This document shows, piece by piece, positions 18,832 to 28,428 of a stretch of DNA of 64,000 nt. The stretch covers positions 54,043 to 118,042 of the forward strand of contig JBMCHT010000001.1 in the NCBI GenBank assembly GCA_048617235.1. Reading direction: 5' to 3'. The position numbers and the translations under genes were made by a program. The notes under the pieces were generated by a model. That model had not been told where the DNA came from. It made no database searches and saw nothing but the letters and a program-made list of their open reading frames with translations. Source of the stretch: Patescibacteria group bacterium (GTDB lineage: Bacteria; Patescibacteriota; Minisyncoccia; Phycocordibacterales; XYD1-FULL-46-19). How positions within the stretch are numbered: the first letter of the stretch is position 1; every line of letters begins with the position of its first letter.

Positions 18832-20201
18832 CACTTTACCATTCTATTGATAAAGAAAAAAAACCTTTGGAGAATAAAAAGGGGGTTATAAAAATATATT
18901 CTTGTGGCCCAACTGTTTATGATTCTCCTCATATTGGTAATCTCCGCTCAATGATTTCCACCGATTTATTAAACCGAGCCTTAAATTTTTTAAATTATAA
19001 AACTGAAACCGTTATAAATATAACCGATATCGACGATAAAACCATAAAAGGCAGTCAAGAAAAAAAACAATCCTTAAAAGAATTCACTCAAATTTACACT
19101 GATAAATTCTTCTCAGATTTAGCCAAACTTAATATTAAATTACCTGAACATACACCCAAAGCCACGGATTTTATACCTCAAATGATAGAAATGATAGAAA
19201 CTTTGATCGAAAAAGATTTTGCCTATAAAACAACAGATGGTATTTATTTTTCTATAGATAAATTCCCTGACTATGGTCATTTAATCGGGGTTCAAAAAAA
19301 AGATCAAGATAAAAATATTTCACGCTTAAAAATAGACAATTACGACAAAGAAAAAATAGCAGATTTCGCTCTTTGGAAATTTTATACCCCCAAAGACGGT
19401 CAGGTTAAATGGGAAGCTCCTTTCGGTGCCGGCCGACCGGGTTGGCACATAGAATGTTCAGCCATGGCTATTAATATTCTAGGGCCGACTATAGACATTC
19501 ATACCGGTGGTTCGGATTTAATGTTTCCTCACCACAGCAATGAGATTGCCCAATCGGAAAGTTACACCGGTCAAACTTTTGTTCGCCACTGGCTTCACTT
19601 TGGCATGATAAAAATAAATAATGAAAAAATGTCCAAATCTTTAAATAATTTTTTGGTTTTAGATGACTTACTCAAAGACAATATCCCTCCTTTGGCTTTT
19701 CGTTATTTAACCTTGGGAACTCATTACCGTTCATTATTAAATTTTACCGATCAAGCCATAAAAAATGCCCATCAAGCCTTAAACAATTTAGCTAAAAACC
19801 TTTTTGATCTAAAACAACAGACAAGCACCACGGGCACCGTTAATGAAGAAGCAGCAGAAGCATTTAAACAAACTTTAGAAAATGATCTTAATTTGCCACA
19901 GGCTTTATCTGTTGTTTGGCAAACCTTAAATAATAATTCAATTCAAGCAAGTGATCGTTTAATTACTATTTATTATTTCGATAAAGTTTTGGGTCTTAAT
20001 TTGGAAGCAATTATAAATAAAGCCAATCAACCCCCATCTGAGATAACCAAATTACATCTAGACAGATTAACCGCCCGCCAACAAAAAGACTGGCCTCTGG
20101 CAGATAAACTCAGAGCTGAAATTGAAGAAGCCAATTGGACTATTAGGGATATTTCTTCGAATAACAGCTATTTACTCCCTATAGACTTTTACCAACAGTA
20201 A
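18822..20201 (+). CDS. cysS: Cysteinyl-tRNA synthetase
   Basis: CGPTVY..HIGN, DFALWK, GRPGWHIECS and KMSKS motifs. Confidence 0.97.
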   Translation: MALTLYHSIDKEKKPLENKKGVIKIYSCGPTVYDSPHIGNLRSMISTDLLNRALNFLNYKTETVINITDIDDKTIKGSQEKKQSLKEFTQIYTDKFFSDLAKLNIKLPEHTPKATDFIPQMIEMIETLIEKDFAYKTTDGIYFSIDKFPDYGHLIGVQKKDQDKNISRLKIDNYDKEKIADFALWKFYTPKDGQVKWEAPFGAGRPGWHIECSAMAINILGPTIDIHTGGSDLMFPHHSNEIAQSESYTGQTFVRHWLHFGMIKINNEKMSKSLNNFLVLDDLLKDNIPPLAFRYLTLGTHYRSLLNFTDQAIKNAHQALNNLAKNLFDLKQQTSTTGTVNEEAAEAFKQTLENDLNLPQALSVVWQTLNNNSIQASDRLITIYYFDKVLGLNLEAIINKANQPPSEITKLHLDRLTARQQKDWPLADKLRAEIEEANWTIRDISSNNSYLLPIDFYQQ

Positions 20202-20277
20202 AATATCCACAAATTAACCACCAAATTATCTATTTTAAAAGAATTTTACTTCTGTTTTTTTATGCTAGAATAAACTC

Positions 20278-21636
20278 ATGAATAAGACAGAAAACCTGAT
20301 TAAAAAAAAATTTAAGACCCCACCTCAAGATTTAGAAGCCGAAAAAGCTCTTTTAGGAGCTATTATGCTTAAACCGGCCACCTTAAATGATATCTTAGAT
20401 GTCATTGAACCGGATTATTTTTATGCCGGCAAACACCGTCACATATATGAAACCATCGCTTCTTTATTTGATAAAGGAGAACCGGTTGACGCTGTTTCTT
20501 TATCTGCTTCTTTAAAAGATAAGGGTTTATTGGAATCCATTGGCGGAGCCTCTTATTTGGCTCAATTAACAGGCGGAGTCCCCTCAACCGCCAATTTAAA
20601 GTATTATGCCGAAATAGTCAGAAAAAAATCCGCTTTAAGAAAATTAATAGAATCGGCCGAAAAAATATCTGACTTGGCTTTTGATGAAAAAGAAGAAATA
20701 GACACCGTTTTTGATAAAGCTGAACAATTAATATTCAATCTTAATAATTTTTCCAAACAAACCTATATTAACCTCAAAGATACTTTAACCGATGCTTGGG
20801 AAAGATTTGATCGCCTACACAAATCTGACGAAACCCTTAGAGGGGTTTCTTCCGGTTTCCAAGATTTAGACAATCTTTTAGCCGGTTTTCAAAAATCAGA
20901 TTTAATAATCTTAGCAGCCAGACCCTCAATGGGTAAAACCGCTTTCGCTTTAGATATAGCCCGTCAAGCAGCCGGTCAACATCAAGTACCGGTTGGACTT
21001 TTTTCTTTGGAAATGAGTAAAGAACAATTAGTTGACCGAATTATTGCCGCCGAATCTAGAGTTAATTCTTGGAAATTAAGAACCGGCAATATTTCCGATG
21101 AAGACGACTTTGCCAAAATTAGAGATGCTTTGGATGTTTTATCTAAATCCCCTATTTTTATTAACGATGAACCCGGTAATAACATAACCAAAATTAAAGC
21201 CATTTCCAGAAGATTAAAATCTGAACATAAACTTGGTTTAATTATTGTAGACTATCTTCAATTGATGATCCCTCGTCGCGAAACAGATTCTATGGTTCAA
21301 CAGGTAACTGAAATCTCTCGCTCTCTTAAAGGCCTGGCTCGAGAATTGGATGTACCGGTTTTAGCTCTATCACAATTGTCTCGAGCGGTTGAAAGCCGTG
21401 GCGGTAAACCCCGCCTATCTGATCTTAGAGACTCCGGCTCCATTGAACAAGATGCCGATGTAGTTATGTTTATTCACCGAGAAGATAAATACAATGAAAA
21501 CTCCGAACAAAAAAATATAGCCGAGATTCTGGTAGAAAAACATCGTAATGGCCCTACCGGTAAAATTGATCTTTATTTTGATGAAAAACGAGCTAGCTTT
21601 TTAAGTGTAGAAAAAAACGATTTCGGTTCTTTTTAA
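20278..21636 (+). CDS. dnaB: Replicative DNA helicase
   Basis: AARPSMGKT, DYLQL, SQLSR, DLRDSGSIEQDAD and KHRNGPTG motifs. Confidence 0.98.
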   Translation: MNKTENLIKKKFKTPPQDLEAEKALLGAIMLKPATLNDILDVIEPDYFYAGKHRHIYETIASLFDKGEPVDAVSLSASLKDKGLLESIGGASYLAQLTGGVPSTANLKYYAEIVRKKSALRKLIESAEKISDLAFDEKEEIDTVFDKAEQLIFNLNNFSKQTYINLKDTLTDAWERFDRLHKSDETLRGVSSGFQDLDNLLAGFQKSDLIILAARPSMGKTAFALDIARQAAGQHQVPVGLFSLEMSKEQLVDRIIAAESRVNSWKLRTGNISDEDDFAKIRDALDVLSKSPIFINDEPGNNITKIKAISRRLKSEHKLGLIIVDYLQLMIPRRETDSMVQQVTEISRSLKGLARELDVPVLALSQLSRAVESRGGKPRLSDLRDSGSIEQDADVVMFIHREDKYNENSEQKNIAEILVEKHRNGPTGKIDLYFDEKRASFLSVEKNDFGSF

Positions 21637-21641
21637 ATATT

Positions 21642-22274
21642 ATGATTCCAGATCCCATCAACAAACTAACAGAACTTTTCAGTAATTGGCCGGGTATTGG
21701 TCCTCGTCAAGCTAAAAGATTTGTCATTCATCTACTCAGAAAACCACAAACGGAAATCTCCGAATTAACCACTTTAATATCCGAATTAAAAAAACAATCT
21801 GAGCAATGTCTGGCTTGTCGACGGTGGTTTATTAAAAATGAAAGTGAAAACAAAACTTGTTCTATTTGCTTAGATAATAATCGCAATCAAAAGATATTAA
21901 TGATTGTAGAAAAAGATCAAGATATAGATAATATTTTACAAGCAGATATTTACAATGGTCTATTTTTTGTTTTGGGAGGATTATTACCGGTAGCCAATCA
22001 ACGTAAAAATAATTTTGTTACCAACCGTCTTCAGGAACTGAAATTAAAACTCAACCAAAACCCGGTCACTGAAATTATTATTGCCCTAAGTTTAAATCCG
22101 GACAGTGAACATACCGCCCGAGCCATAAAAGACATAATAGCTAATTTACCTTCAAACAAAAAACCGACCCTCTCTTTTCCGGGTCGGGGTTTATCTACCG
22201 GTTTAGAATTAGAATATTCTGATCCGGAGACTTTGCGTTATGCTATTTCAAGAAGAGAACCGGACAAAAATTAA
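21642..22274 (+). CDS. recR: Recombination mediator RecR
   Basis: [10 protein letters not shown] HhH motif, C4 zinc finger, toprim domain, GLELEYSD. Confidence 0.93.
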   Translation: MIPDPINKLTELFSNWPGIGPRQAKRFVIHLLRKPQTEISELTTLISELKKQSEQCLACRRWFIKNESENKTCSICLDNNRNQKILMIVEKDQDIDNILQADIYNGLFFVLGGLLPVANQRKNNFVTNRLQELKLKLNQNPVTEIIIALSLNPDSEHTARAIKDIIANLPSNKKPTLSFPGRGLSTGLELEYSDPETLRYAISRREPDKN

Positions 22275-22582
22275 ACTTTAATAGATTCTATCAGCACCTT
22301 ACTATAAGGTTGTCGATGACCGTATTTACGACGATAACGACTTTTACTTTTAAACTTAATTACTGTAATTTTTTTGTTTTTTCCATGTTCTGCCACCCGA
22401 GCGGTTACCTGAGCTCCGGAAATATGCGGTTGGCCTATTTTCACCTCTTTACCATCATTAACCAAAAAAACTCGGTCAAAAACCACCTTTTCTCCTTCAC
22501 CGGCCACCAAAGATTCCAGTTTTAACTCATCACCTTCGGCCACCTTATATTGTTTTCCACCTGTTTCTATAATTGCATACAT
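22271..22582 (-). CDS. rplU: 50S ribosomal protein L21
   Basis: [14 protein letters not shown] and GHRQ motifs. Confidence 0.98.
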   Translation of the reverse strand: MYAIIETGGKQYKVAEGDELKLESLVAGEGEKVVFDRVFLVNDGKEVKIGQPHISGAQVTARVAEHGKNKKITVIKFKSKSRYRRKYGHRQPYSKVLIESIKV

Positions 22583-22623
22583 ACGGGACTATTTTTGCAT
22601 ATTCTAAAGATAAAATCAAGTTT

Positions 22624-23682
22624 TTAATCCTCCACCTGCGGTTTATCTAATTTCTGCGGTTCTATCCCAATCGCCTCTTCACTAATTTTCATTACATCTT
22701 TATCTACCTTTTTAAGCTCCTTATAGGCCGTATTATAGTGATTAACCGTGGTTCCTAAAGAACTACCCAATTTAGCCATAAATTGATCATAAGCGGCCAA
22801 ATGGCGCCCCAAATCCCCCACCCTTTGTCTGATCTCCTTGGCTCCCTCTTCTATCTTAAAAGCTCTAAAACCGTACAAAACGGACTGTAAATAGGCAGCA
22901 AAAGTGGTAGGAGAGACTATAATCACATTTTTATCTTTATAGGCATAATCTAATAAACTTCGAGTATTAGATTTAATAGCCCCCACTTCATTAACCATTA
23001 AATCGTAATAAATACCTTCGGCCGGAATAAACATAAAAGCAAAAGGTAAAGTCCCCTCTTCCGGTTTAATATATTTAGAGGTTTCATCTATTCTTTTCTT
23101 TAAATCATTTTTAAAGTCTTTATCCAAACTCTCACGCCGAGTTGGATCATCTTCATTAACTACCCGATTATAATTATCTAAAGAAAACTTAGCATCAATC
23201 GGAATTATCCCTTCTTTGGTAAAAATAGCCGCATCCACTGTCTCCCCATCTTTAAAATTATATTGCATCCTGTATTGAGTGGGAGCCAAAACATTACCAA
23301 GAATTAATTCCAAACCAGCCTCACCTAAATTACCTCTCTGTTTTTGATGCTTTAAAACTTTTTCCAAATTCTGTAAAGCCTCGGCTACTGTAAAAACTTG
23401 ACGACTGGATTCTTCTACTTTGGCCACTTTTTCAGTAATATCTGTAATTAACTTTTGAGATTGACCGAATTGTTGACGAATAACATCTTGAACATCTTTA
23501 CTTTGATTACCCAATTTATCGTCAACGGTTTTAACTAAATTATCCAGTTGATTCTGTAATAACAAAAAAGACTCATTATTATCTTCAGCCGAGGTTTGTT
23601 TTTTAGATATAACCAACCAAACAACTCCGGCTAAACCGGCACCTAAAACCAAACCTAATATTATATAAATTAAAATTTCCAT
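22624..23682 (-). CDS. rmuC: DNA recombination protein RmuC
   Basis: N-terminal anchor; RGNLGE, PIDAKF, FAFMFIPAE and VSPTT motifs. Confidence 0.92.
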   Translation of the reverse strand: MEILIYIILGLVLGAGLAGVVWLVISKKQTSAEDNNESFLLLQNQLDNLVKTVDDKLGNQSKDVQDVIRQQFGQSQKLITDITEKVAKVEESSRQVFTVAEALQNLEKVLKHQKQRGNLGEAGLELILGNVLAPTQYRMQYNFKDGETVDAAIFTKEGIIPIDAKFSLDNYNRVVNEDDPTRRESLDKDFKNDLKKRIDETSKYIKPEEGTLPFAFMFIPAEGIYYDLMVNEVGAIKSNTRSLLDYAYKDKNVIIVSPTTFAAYLQSVLYGFRAFKIEEGAKEIRQRVGDLGRHLAAYDQFMAKLGSSLGTTVNHYNTAYKELKKVDKDVMKISEEAIGIEPQKLDKPQVED

Positions 23683-23744
23683 ATTGTTATAATAACAACA
23701 AACCCCCGATTTTCCAACCGGAGGTTTGTAAATTATTGATATGT

Positions 23745-24284
23745 TTAATCAATAAATTCAAAAGTGGATATAGCTTGATCCCTATCGCTTTTAATCTGAA
23801 TATTTTCTACCTCAGGAGTATAATTATAAGATAATGTAATATATTTGGATCCTATTTTAGTAATAAAATCCGGTTTTCCATCTTGATAAAGTGGGGATTT
23901 TTTAACATCATCTAAATTATCCCAAACTTCTATAGCTGTTCTATAAGCTTGAGCTCCTGAAGGAGAATCTTCTATAAAAAGCACTACAGAGTTTGGCCAA
24001 CCATATTGATCATAAACTTCTTTATAATTAGGAGGGTATTTGATTTCAAAATCATACTCCTCATTTGTATATTCTTTCCAATCTGACAAGATTTCATCTT
24101 CCTCCACTATCATCTCTTCCTGATCTGTTTCTACTTCTTCTAAAGGTTCCTCATTAGCTTTTGGCCAAAAAAACAAACCAATCATCAAAGCTAATAAAAT
24201 AAACAAAACACCAATAACCATCAATAAGATTGATTTATTTTTATTTTTTAAATTAGCACCTTTTTCTGAATTTAATTGATCCAT
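23745..24284 (-). CDS. Membrane-anchored protein with a PsbP-like extracellular domain
   Basis: One TM segment, acidic linker, WKEYTNEEYDFEIKYP and terminal ISTFEF. Confidence 0.6.
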   Translation of the reverse strand: MDQLNSEKGANLKNKNKSILLMVIGVLFILLALMIGLFFWPKANEEPLEEVETDQEEMIVEEDEILSDWKEYTNEEYDFEIKYPPNYKEVYDQYGWPNSVVLFIEDSPSGAQAYRTAIEVWDNLDDVKKSPLYQDGKPDFITKIGSKYITLSYNYTPEVENIQIKSDRDQAISTFEFID

Positions 24285-24363
24285 AATATTGAATTAAAGT
24301 TTTAATAATAATTTAAATTATAACATTTTTAATTTATATTCCTATGTTTTGAATAGAAAATAT

Positions 24364-24402
24364 AAAAATAACACCCCGAGAAAGTTTCGTCTCCCGAGGT
24401 GC
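24364..24402 (-). terminator. Intrinsic terminator of a mini-unit
   Basis: Minus strand reads GCACCTCGGGAG...TCTCGGGGTGT-TATTTTT. Confidence 0.65.
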
Positions 24403-24432
24403 TCATCCTCTCCCCCACACCCCTCATATCTC

Positions 24433-24597
24433 TTAATTTTTGTTAAGAGACATAAGGGTACACGTTAATGAAACTCCCGCCATCACCCCCGCCCGCCAGA
24501 AATTGGGCGAGTCTAGGGCAGTGGCATCGAATATGGCTAGCATCAAGCTGATGCCAGCCATAAACGCCCAGCCGGTTTTTGTGAATTTAATACCCAT
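24433..24597 (-). CDS. 54-aa orphan two-helix membrane peptide (not in the ORF track)
   Basis: MGIKFTKTGWAFMAGISLMLAIFDATALDSPNFWRAGVMAGVSLTCTLMSLNKN; SD GGAGG 5 nt before ATG; promoter TTTACT-17 nt-TATAGT upstream; terminator downstream. Confidence 0.7.
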   Translation of the reverse strand: MGIKFTKTGWAFMAGISLMLAIFDATALDSPNFWRAGVMAGVSLTCTLMSLNKN

Positions 24598-24711
24598 CTT
24601 TTCCTCCATTCCTCTGTCTTATAGAGGGGTTAAAGTTTCAAAATCTACCGATAACTATAGCATATATTATTAAAAAAGTAAAGGTATTTTTAAATCAATT
24701 TTATTAAAAAA

Positions 24712-25121
24712 CTAATTTAATTTAGAAACATCACCGTTTAACAAAACAGGATTAAACCCAATTATTTCATCATGCAAAGTTCCTTGTGGAATATCATTAT
24801 ATAAATATATCTTTTTATTAAAACGAAACGCGTCATACATTTCAAGGAATGTTGCTCCGCCAATATAATTTTCAATATTTTCTTTTTAAAATTTAACACA
24901 AGTACAGCATCATTATTTTGTATTATATTTGTACTGTGTTTAATCATTTCACCTTTCCACTTTGCATGACTTTCCATACCTAAATCTCTATATTGATCTT
25001 CCGTCTCGGGATTATCGTAGCAATTAGGCATCGTACACTTATGTCCTAAAGACTTCAACTTTGTTTCAATTTCGGGAATATAATTATAAAACTTTTTACT
25101 GCAAATAATTAATATTTTCAT
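24712..25121 (-). pseudogene. Frameshifted nucleoside 2-deoxyribosyltransferase-like gene
   Basis: After ...DAVLVLNFKK the alternative frame continues NIENYIGGATFLEMYDAF...GDVSKLN*; shift at the A-run near 24878-24888. Confidence 0.65.
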
Positions 25122-25188
25122 ATGGATATTGTATCATATATTTTACAAAGTATTTAAAGTAAGCAGTATTGAAATTATATTTTTTATC

Positions 25189-25515
25189 TTAACTTCTTTT
25201 TTCCTCATCTGTTAAATTCTCCCTTAAAGAATCAATTCTTTGTTCTATTAAATCAAAAGTATTATCTGATCCACCATACATAAAATCTTCTACCGGATCT
25301 GACATCGCCAGAGCCAAATCATAAAGCATATTCAGTAATTGATTATTACTTAATCCTAGATTATCTTGTTCATTTTTAGATTTAGCTGAATAAAAAGCGT
25401 TATAAATTGAAGCGGAATTGACACCCTTTTTAAGGTTTTTCTCCATAATTTTAAGAACAATTTTTTCATTGTCTTCTGGAGTTCTCTTTTTTTCAAAGTT
25501 AAAAAATTTCATCAT
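25189..25515 (-). CDS. Hypothetical protein
   Basis: 108-aa ORF with TG-TATAAT 6 nt upstream of ATG. Confidence 0.6.
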   Translation of the reverse strand: MMKFFNFEKKRTPEDNEKIVLKIMEKNLKKGVNSASIYNAFYSAKSKNEQDNLGLSNNQLLNMLYDLALAMSDPVEDFMYGGSDNTFDLIEQRIDSLRENLTDEEKRS

Positions 25516-25745
25516 GTATTTATTATACCAAAAATTAAAAACTTTTTCTTGCTAAAAAAACATACTTCCGGCTTCACAAAGTGACCGCAGGCAAAGCAGT
25601 TTGCCTGCTTTACTTACTTGGTGATGAAATCATGTCCTTTGCTCTAACTTATTTCAAATCGCGAAGTGTACTTCCCCCATTTCATTAGACATCAACCTTC
25701 CTCTATTCTTTTGTAGAAAAATTAAACATATCTCTTTCCCATTCT

Positions 25746-26237
25746 TTATTTGTTTGTGTTTAAGAAAGGCAGGAAAACTTTTATCTCTTTCTTGTACAAA
25801 CTCCAAAATATAAAAATAATAACTATAGCGCCGATCAATGGACCAAAAATAGAAATTAAATTACCAGAATAGCCAAATTCAACTATACCCAACAAAATTG
25901 GGTATATTACCAAAAAGTAAAAAGTAAATAATAGGGCTCTTTTATTCAGTTTTAGAAAGTAGAAGATTGCAATCCCAGAAAGTATCATGAGTATAAAACT
26001 TGTGAGCGAATCAAAAGGAATAATTGTTGACATAACCTTAGATATTTCATCCGTAGTCATTATTGAGTACATATTAATATCCCCAATTACCCATTTTAGG
26101 TTGGTCCAAAATACAAAAACAAAAATTGCAAAGAAAAAATAACCTGCAATTCCAAAAGCCTGCTTGAAACGCACAAAATAGGAAAGCTCGGCAGAGTTTC
26201 CAGATTGTGATGAATTTTTTACTGTGTCATCAATCAT
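25746..26237 (-). CDS. Hypothetical 4-TM membrane protein
   Basis: Hydrophobic segments; directly downstream of the HTH pseudogene. Confidence 0.6.
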   Translation of the reverse strand: MIDDTVKNSSQSGNSAELSYFVRFKQAFGIAGYFFFAIFVFVFWTNLKWVIGDINMYSIMTTDEISKVMSTIIPFDSLTSFILMILSGIAIFYFLKLNKRALLFTFYFLVIYPILLGIVEFGYSGNLISIFGPLIGAIVIIFIFWSLYKKEIKVFLPFLNTNK

Positions 26238-26240
26238 ATT

Positions 26241-26462
26241 TTATTTAAAAAAGTAATTCACGTCCTTCTCGTACATCTTTGCAAACTTCTGTAACTCGAC
26301 AACATCGACACGCTGTTGTCCTGATTCCACGTTCGAGATATACGACTGTGGACGCTTTAGTTTCTTAGCGACCTAAACTTGCGTCAATCCTGCCTCTTGT
26401 CGAGCTTTTCGCAGTTTTTCAACGAAATAGGCATATTCCTTTCTATGGATTGACTTCTTTAT
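26241..26462 (-). pseudogene. XRE-family HTH regulator pseudogene
   Basis: (I)KKSIHRKEYAYFVEKLRKARQEAGLTQV*VAKKLKRPQSYISNVESGQQRVDVVEL...; in-frame TAG at 26373-26375 and ATA in place of a start ATG. Confidence 0.8.
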
Positions 26463-26642
26463 ATACTACTATTTTCTATCGGCAAAGACAATATCCAAAT
26501 TTCCGATATTCTGTCCTCACTGCGAAGGAAATTTCTGAATGTGACCCTTCTCGTGCTGCGACCGTAGTCGGTTAAGGTTTGTAATGTTATTTTCAATAAA
26601 ATCTAGGAATTGGTTTAAGCCTTCTCGAGCAAAACAAATTAT

Positions 26643-26876
26643 TTATTCTTCAATAAGACTAAATCTGTCTACAATCTCACCACCAATTTCTTTTGTACCA
26701 CAAAAATCACTCTTTGCCCTGACCCATATTTGATTGTTTCCAAATTCTGGTGAATCGTATTGAGCTTGATAAACAATAACTTCTTCTGTTGTTTCAGAAT
26801 CACGAGCTATTTCTAAAATAATATATTCTTTACCTTTAAAATGTTTATATCTTTGTCCTTTTTTAATTTCTTTCAT
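26643..26876 (-). CDS. DUF1653-family protein
   Basis: YKHFKG, ARDSET.EEVIVYQA.Y, WVR and DRF motifs. Confidence 0.85.
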   Translation of the reverse strand: MKEIKKGQRYKHFKGKEYIILEIARDSETTEEVIVYQAQYDSPEFGNNQIWVRAKSDFCGTKEIGGEIVDRFSLIEE

Positions 26877-26928
26877 AAAATTCATTATATCAAATATACC
26901 TTCTCGAGTGCTCGAACAGCGCTCTAAT

Positions 26929-27003
26929 TGGTGACCCTACGGGGAATTGAACCCCGGTTTCCACCGTGAGAGGGTGGCGTCCTAGCCGCTAGACGATAGG
27001 GCC
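26929..27003 (-). tRNA. tRNA-Glu (anticodon CTC), CCA encoded
   Basis: GGCCCTA/TAGGGTC acceptor stem, CCACC-CTCTCAC-GGTGG anticodon arm, GGTTCAATTCC T-arm. Confidence 0.97.
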
Positions 27004-27051
27004 ATATATTCTGGCCAAAATAATAACACAAGAGTTTAAAAATATAAAGAT

Positions 27052-28425
27052 TTATTTTTCTTTTTCCAAATCTTTGGTTTCTTTTAATTCCAATTTTAAT
27101 CCAAGAGCAACCGGCTTTTCTTGCCAATAACCGTCTTGGCGACACAAAAGATCCTTGCTTTTATCCGGCTCTTTCATTAATTCCAAAACGGCTTTTTCCA
27201 TTCTTATAGCCTGAGAAGCTTTAAATAACACAACATCTCCCGGTTCTAATAAATCTTGTAATTCTCTGGCTGCTTTTTCGCTAGATTCAAACACTTTTAC
27301 TTCTTCCGGATTCATACCGGCATCAATAGCGGCTTCCGCTAAAAATCTGGCTCGTAAACCAACCGCAAATAATTTATCGCAAATACCGACGGCTTGTTTT
27401 CCGGCCTCTCGGTGAGAATTAACTGTTTCTGTTCCTAATTCCAACATATCTCCCAAAACCGCTATTTTCCGACCGTTTATCTCCAATTTATTTAATAAAT
27501 TTAAAGCACTGCTTAAAGCCTCCGGAGAAGAATTGTAAGTATCATCTATTAATAAAGTATTTTTTATACCCCAAATTAATCTCATTCTTCCCGGTGGTGA
27601 TTCATAAGCTGAAAAACTTTCGGTCATTTCCACTAAATTAAAACCGGAACCGAAACCGGCCGCTAAAGCCGCCAAAGCCGATTGCACGGCTCCTGAACCC
27701 AAAACCCCCATAATTCTAACCGGTACGGTTGAGCCCCCCATCTTAACACTAAAACCGGTTCCTACCGGCCACCGAAGATTATTATCTTCTTGGTAAATAA
27801 CATGAACTTCATGAGCCGCCACATCCGCCTTTTCACTTAAACCAAAACTTTTTGCTTGGCCGGAGAATAAAGCGACGGCTCCTTTGGCATCTTGATTGTC
27901 CTCATTATAAACCAGTAAACCGTCAGGTTTGAGAGTCTTGACCAATGAATGTTTTTCGGCCACCAAATGATCTCGGGAATTAAAAAATTCTATATGAGGA
28001 GGAATTTCGGGAATGGGATTAATAATAACAATTTCTGCAGATAACCACTCAGCCAATTGAGAAATATCTCTCGGCCTGTCTGCTCCTACTTCCAAAACCA
28101 GCCATTCCGGATAAGTTTTAGACCAAATTATTTTTTTAAATCCTTTTACTAAATTTTTTATCCAACCCCAATAACTATCCCAGGCAGTATCCAAATCTAA
28201 AACCGCCAAAGGTAAACCGATATCGCTGTTATAGCTTTTTTGGCTTTTACCGGTTTGAAAAAAAGAATTAAAAAGCGTATAAACCGCTTCTTTAGTGGAG
28301 GTTTTACCAATACTGCCGGTGATTAAAATCAATCTTGGTTTATACCTCCACAAAACCAAACGAGCCTCCCAAGTAAATAGGATTTTAACAAATTTTTTAA
28401 TTATATTTTTAAATGTATCTTTCAT
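27052..28425 (-). CDS. murF: UDP-MurNAc-tripeptide D-Ala-D-Ala ligase
   Basis: ITGSIGKTSTKE, DDTYNSSP, LGDMLELG and FKAS motifs. Confidence 0.92.
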   Translation of the reverse strand: MKDTFKNIIKKFVKILFTWEARLVLWRYKPRLILITGSIGKTSTKEAVYTLFNSFFQTGKSQKSYNSDIGLPLAVLDLDTAWDSYWGWIKNLVKGFKKIIWSKTYPEWLVLEVGADRPRDISQLAEWLSAEIVIINPIPEIPPHIEFFNSRDHLVAEKHSLVKTLKPDGLLVYNEDNQDAKGAVALFSGQAKSFGLSEKADVAAHEVHVIYQEDNNLRWPVGTGFSVKMGGSTVPVRIMGVLGSGAVQSALAALAAGFGSGFNLVEMTESFSAYESPPGRMRLIWGIKNTLLIDDTYNSSPEALSSALNLLNKLEINGRKIAVLGDMLELGTETVNSHREAGKQAVGICDKLFAVGLRARFLAEAAIDAGMNPEEVKVFESSEKAARELQDLLEPGDVVLFKASQAIRMEKAVLELMKEPDKSKDLLCRQDGYWQEKPVALGLKLELKETKDLEKEK

Positions 28426-28428
28426 ATA

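Noticed and set aside
24440-24673. 77-aa plus-strand ORF
   Set aside because: The promoter, SD and terminator all support the minus-strand 54-aa ORF instead.
26373-26375. Stop-codon reassignment or alternative genetic code
   Set aside because: TAG, TAA and TGA terminate normal genes, and code-11 translation gives full-length housekeeping proteins.
24700-26928. Prophage, integron or IS element
   Set aside because: No integrase, transposase, attC-like array or phage structural gene is visible.
26924-27145. 73-aa minus-strand ORF
   Set aside because: It overlaps tRNA-Glu and the end of murF.
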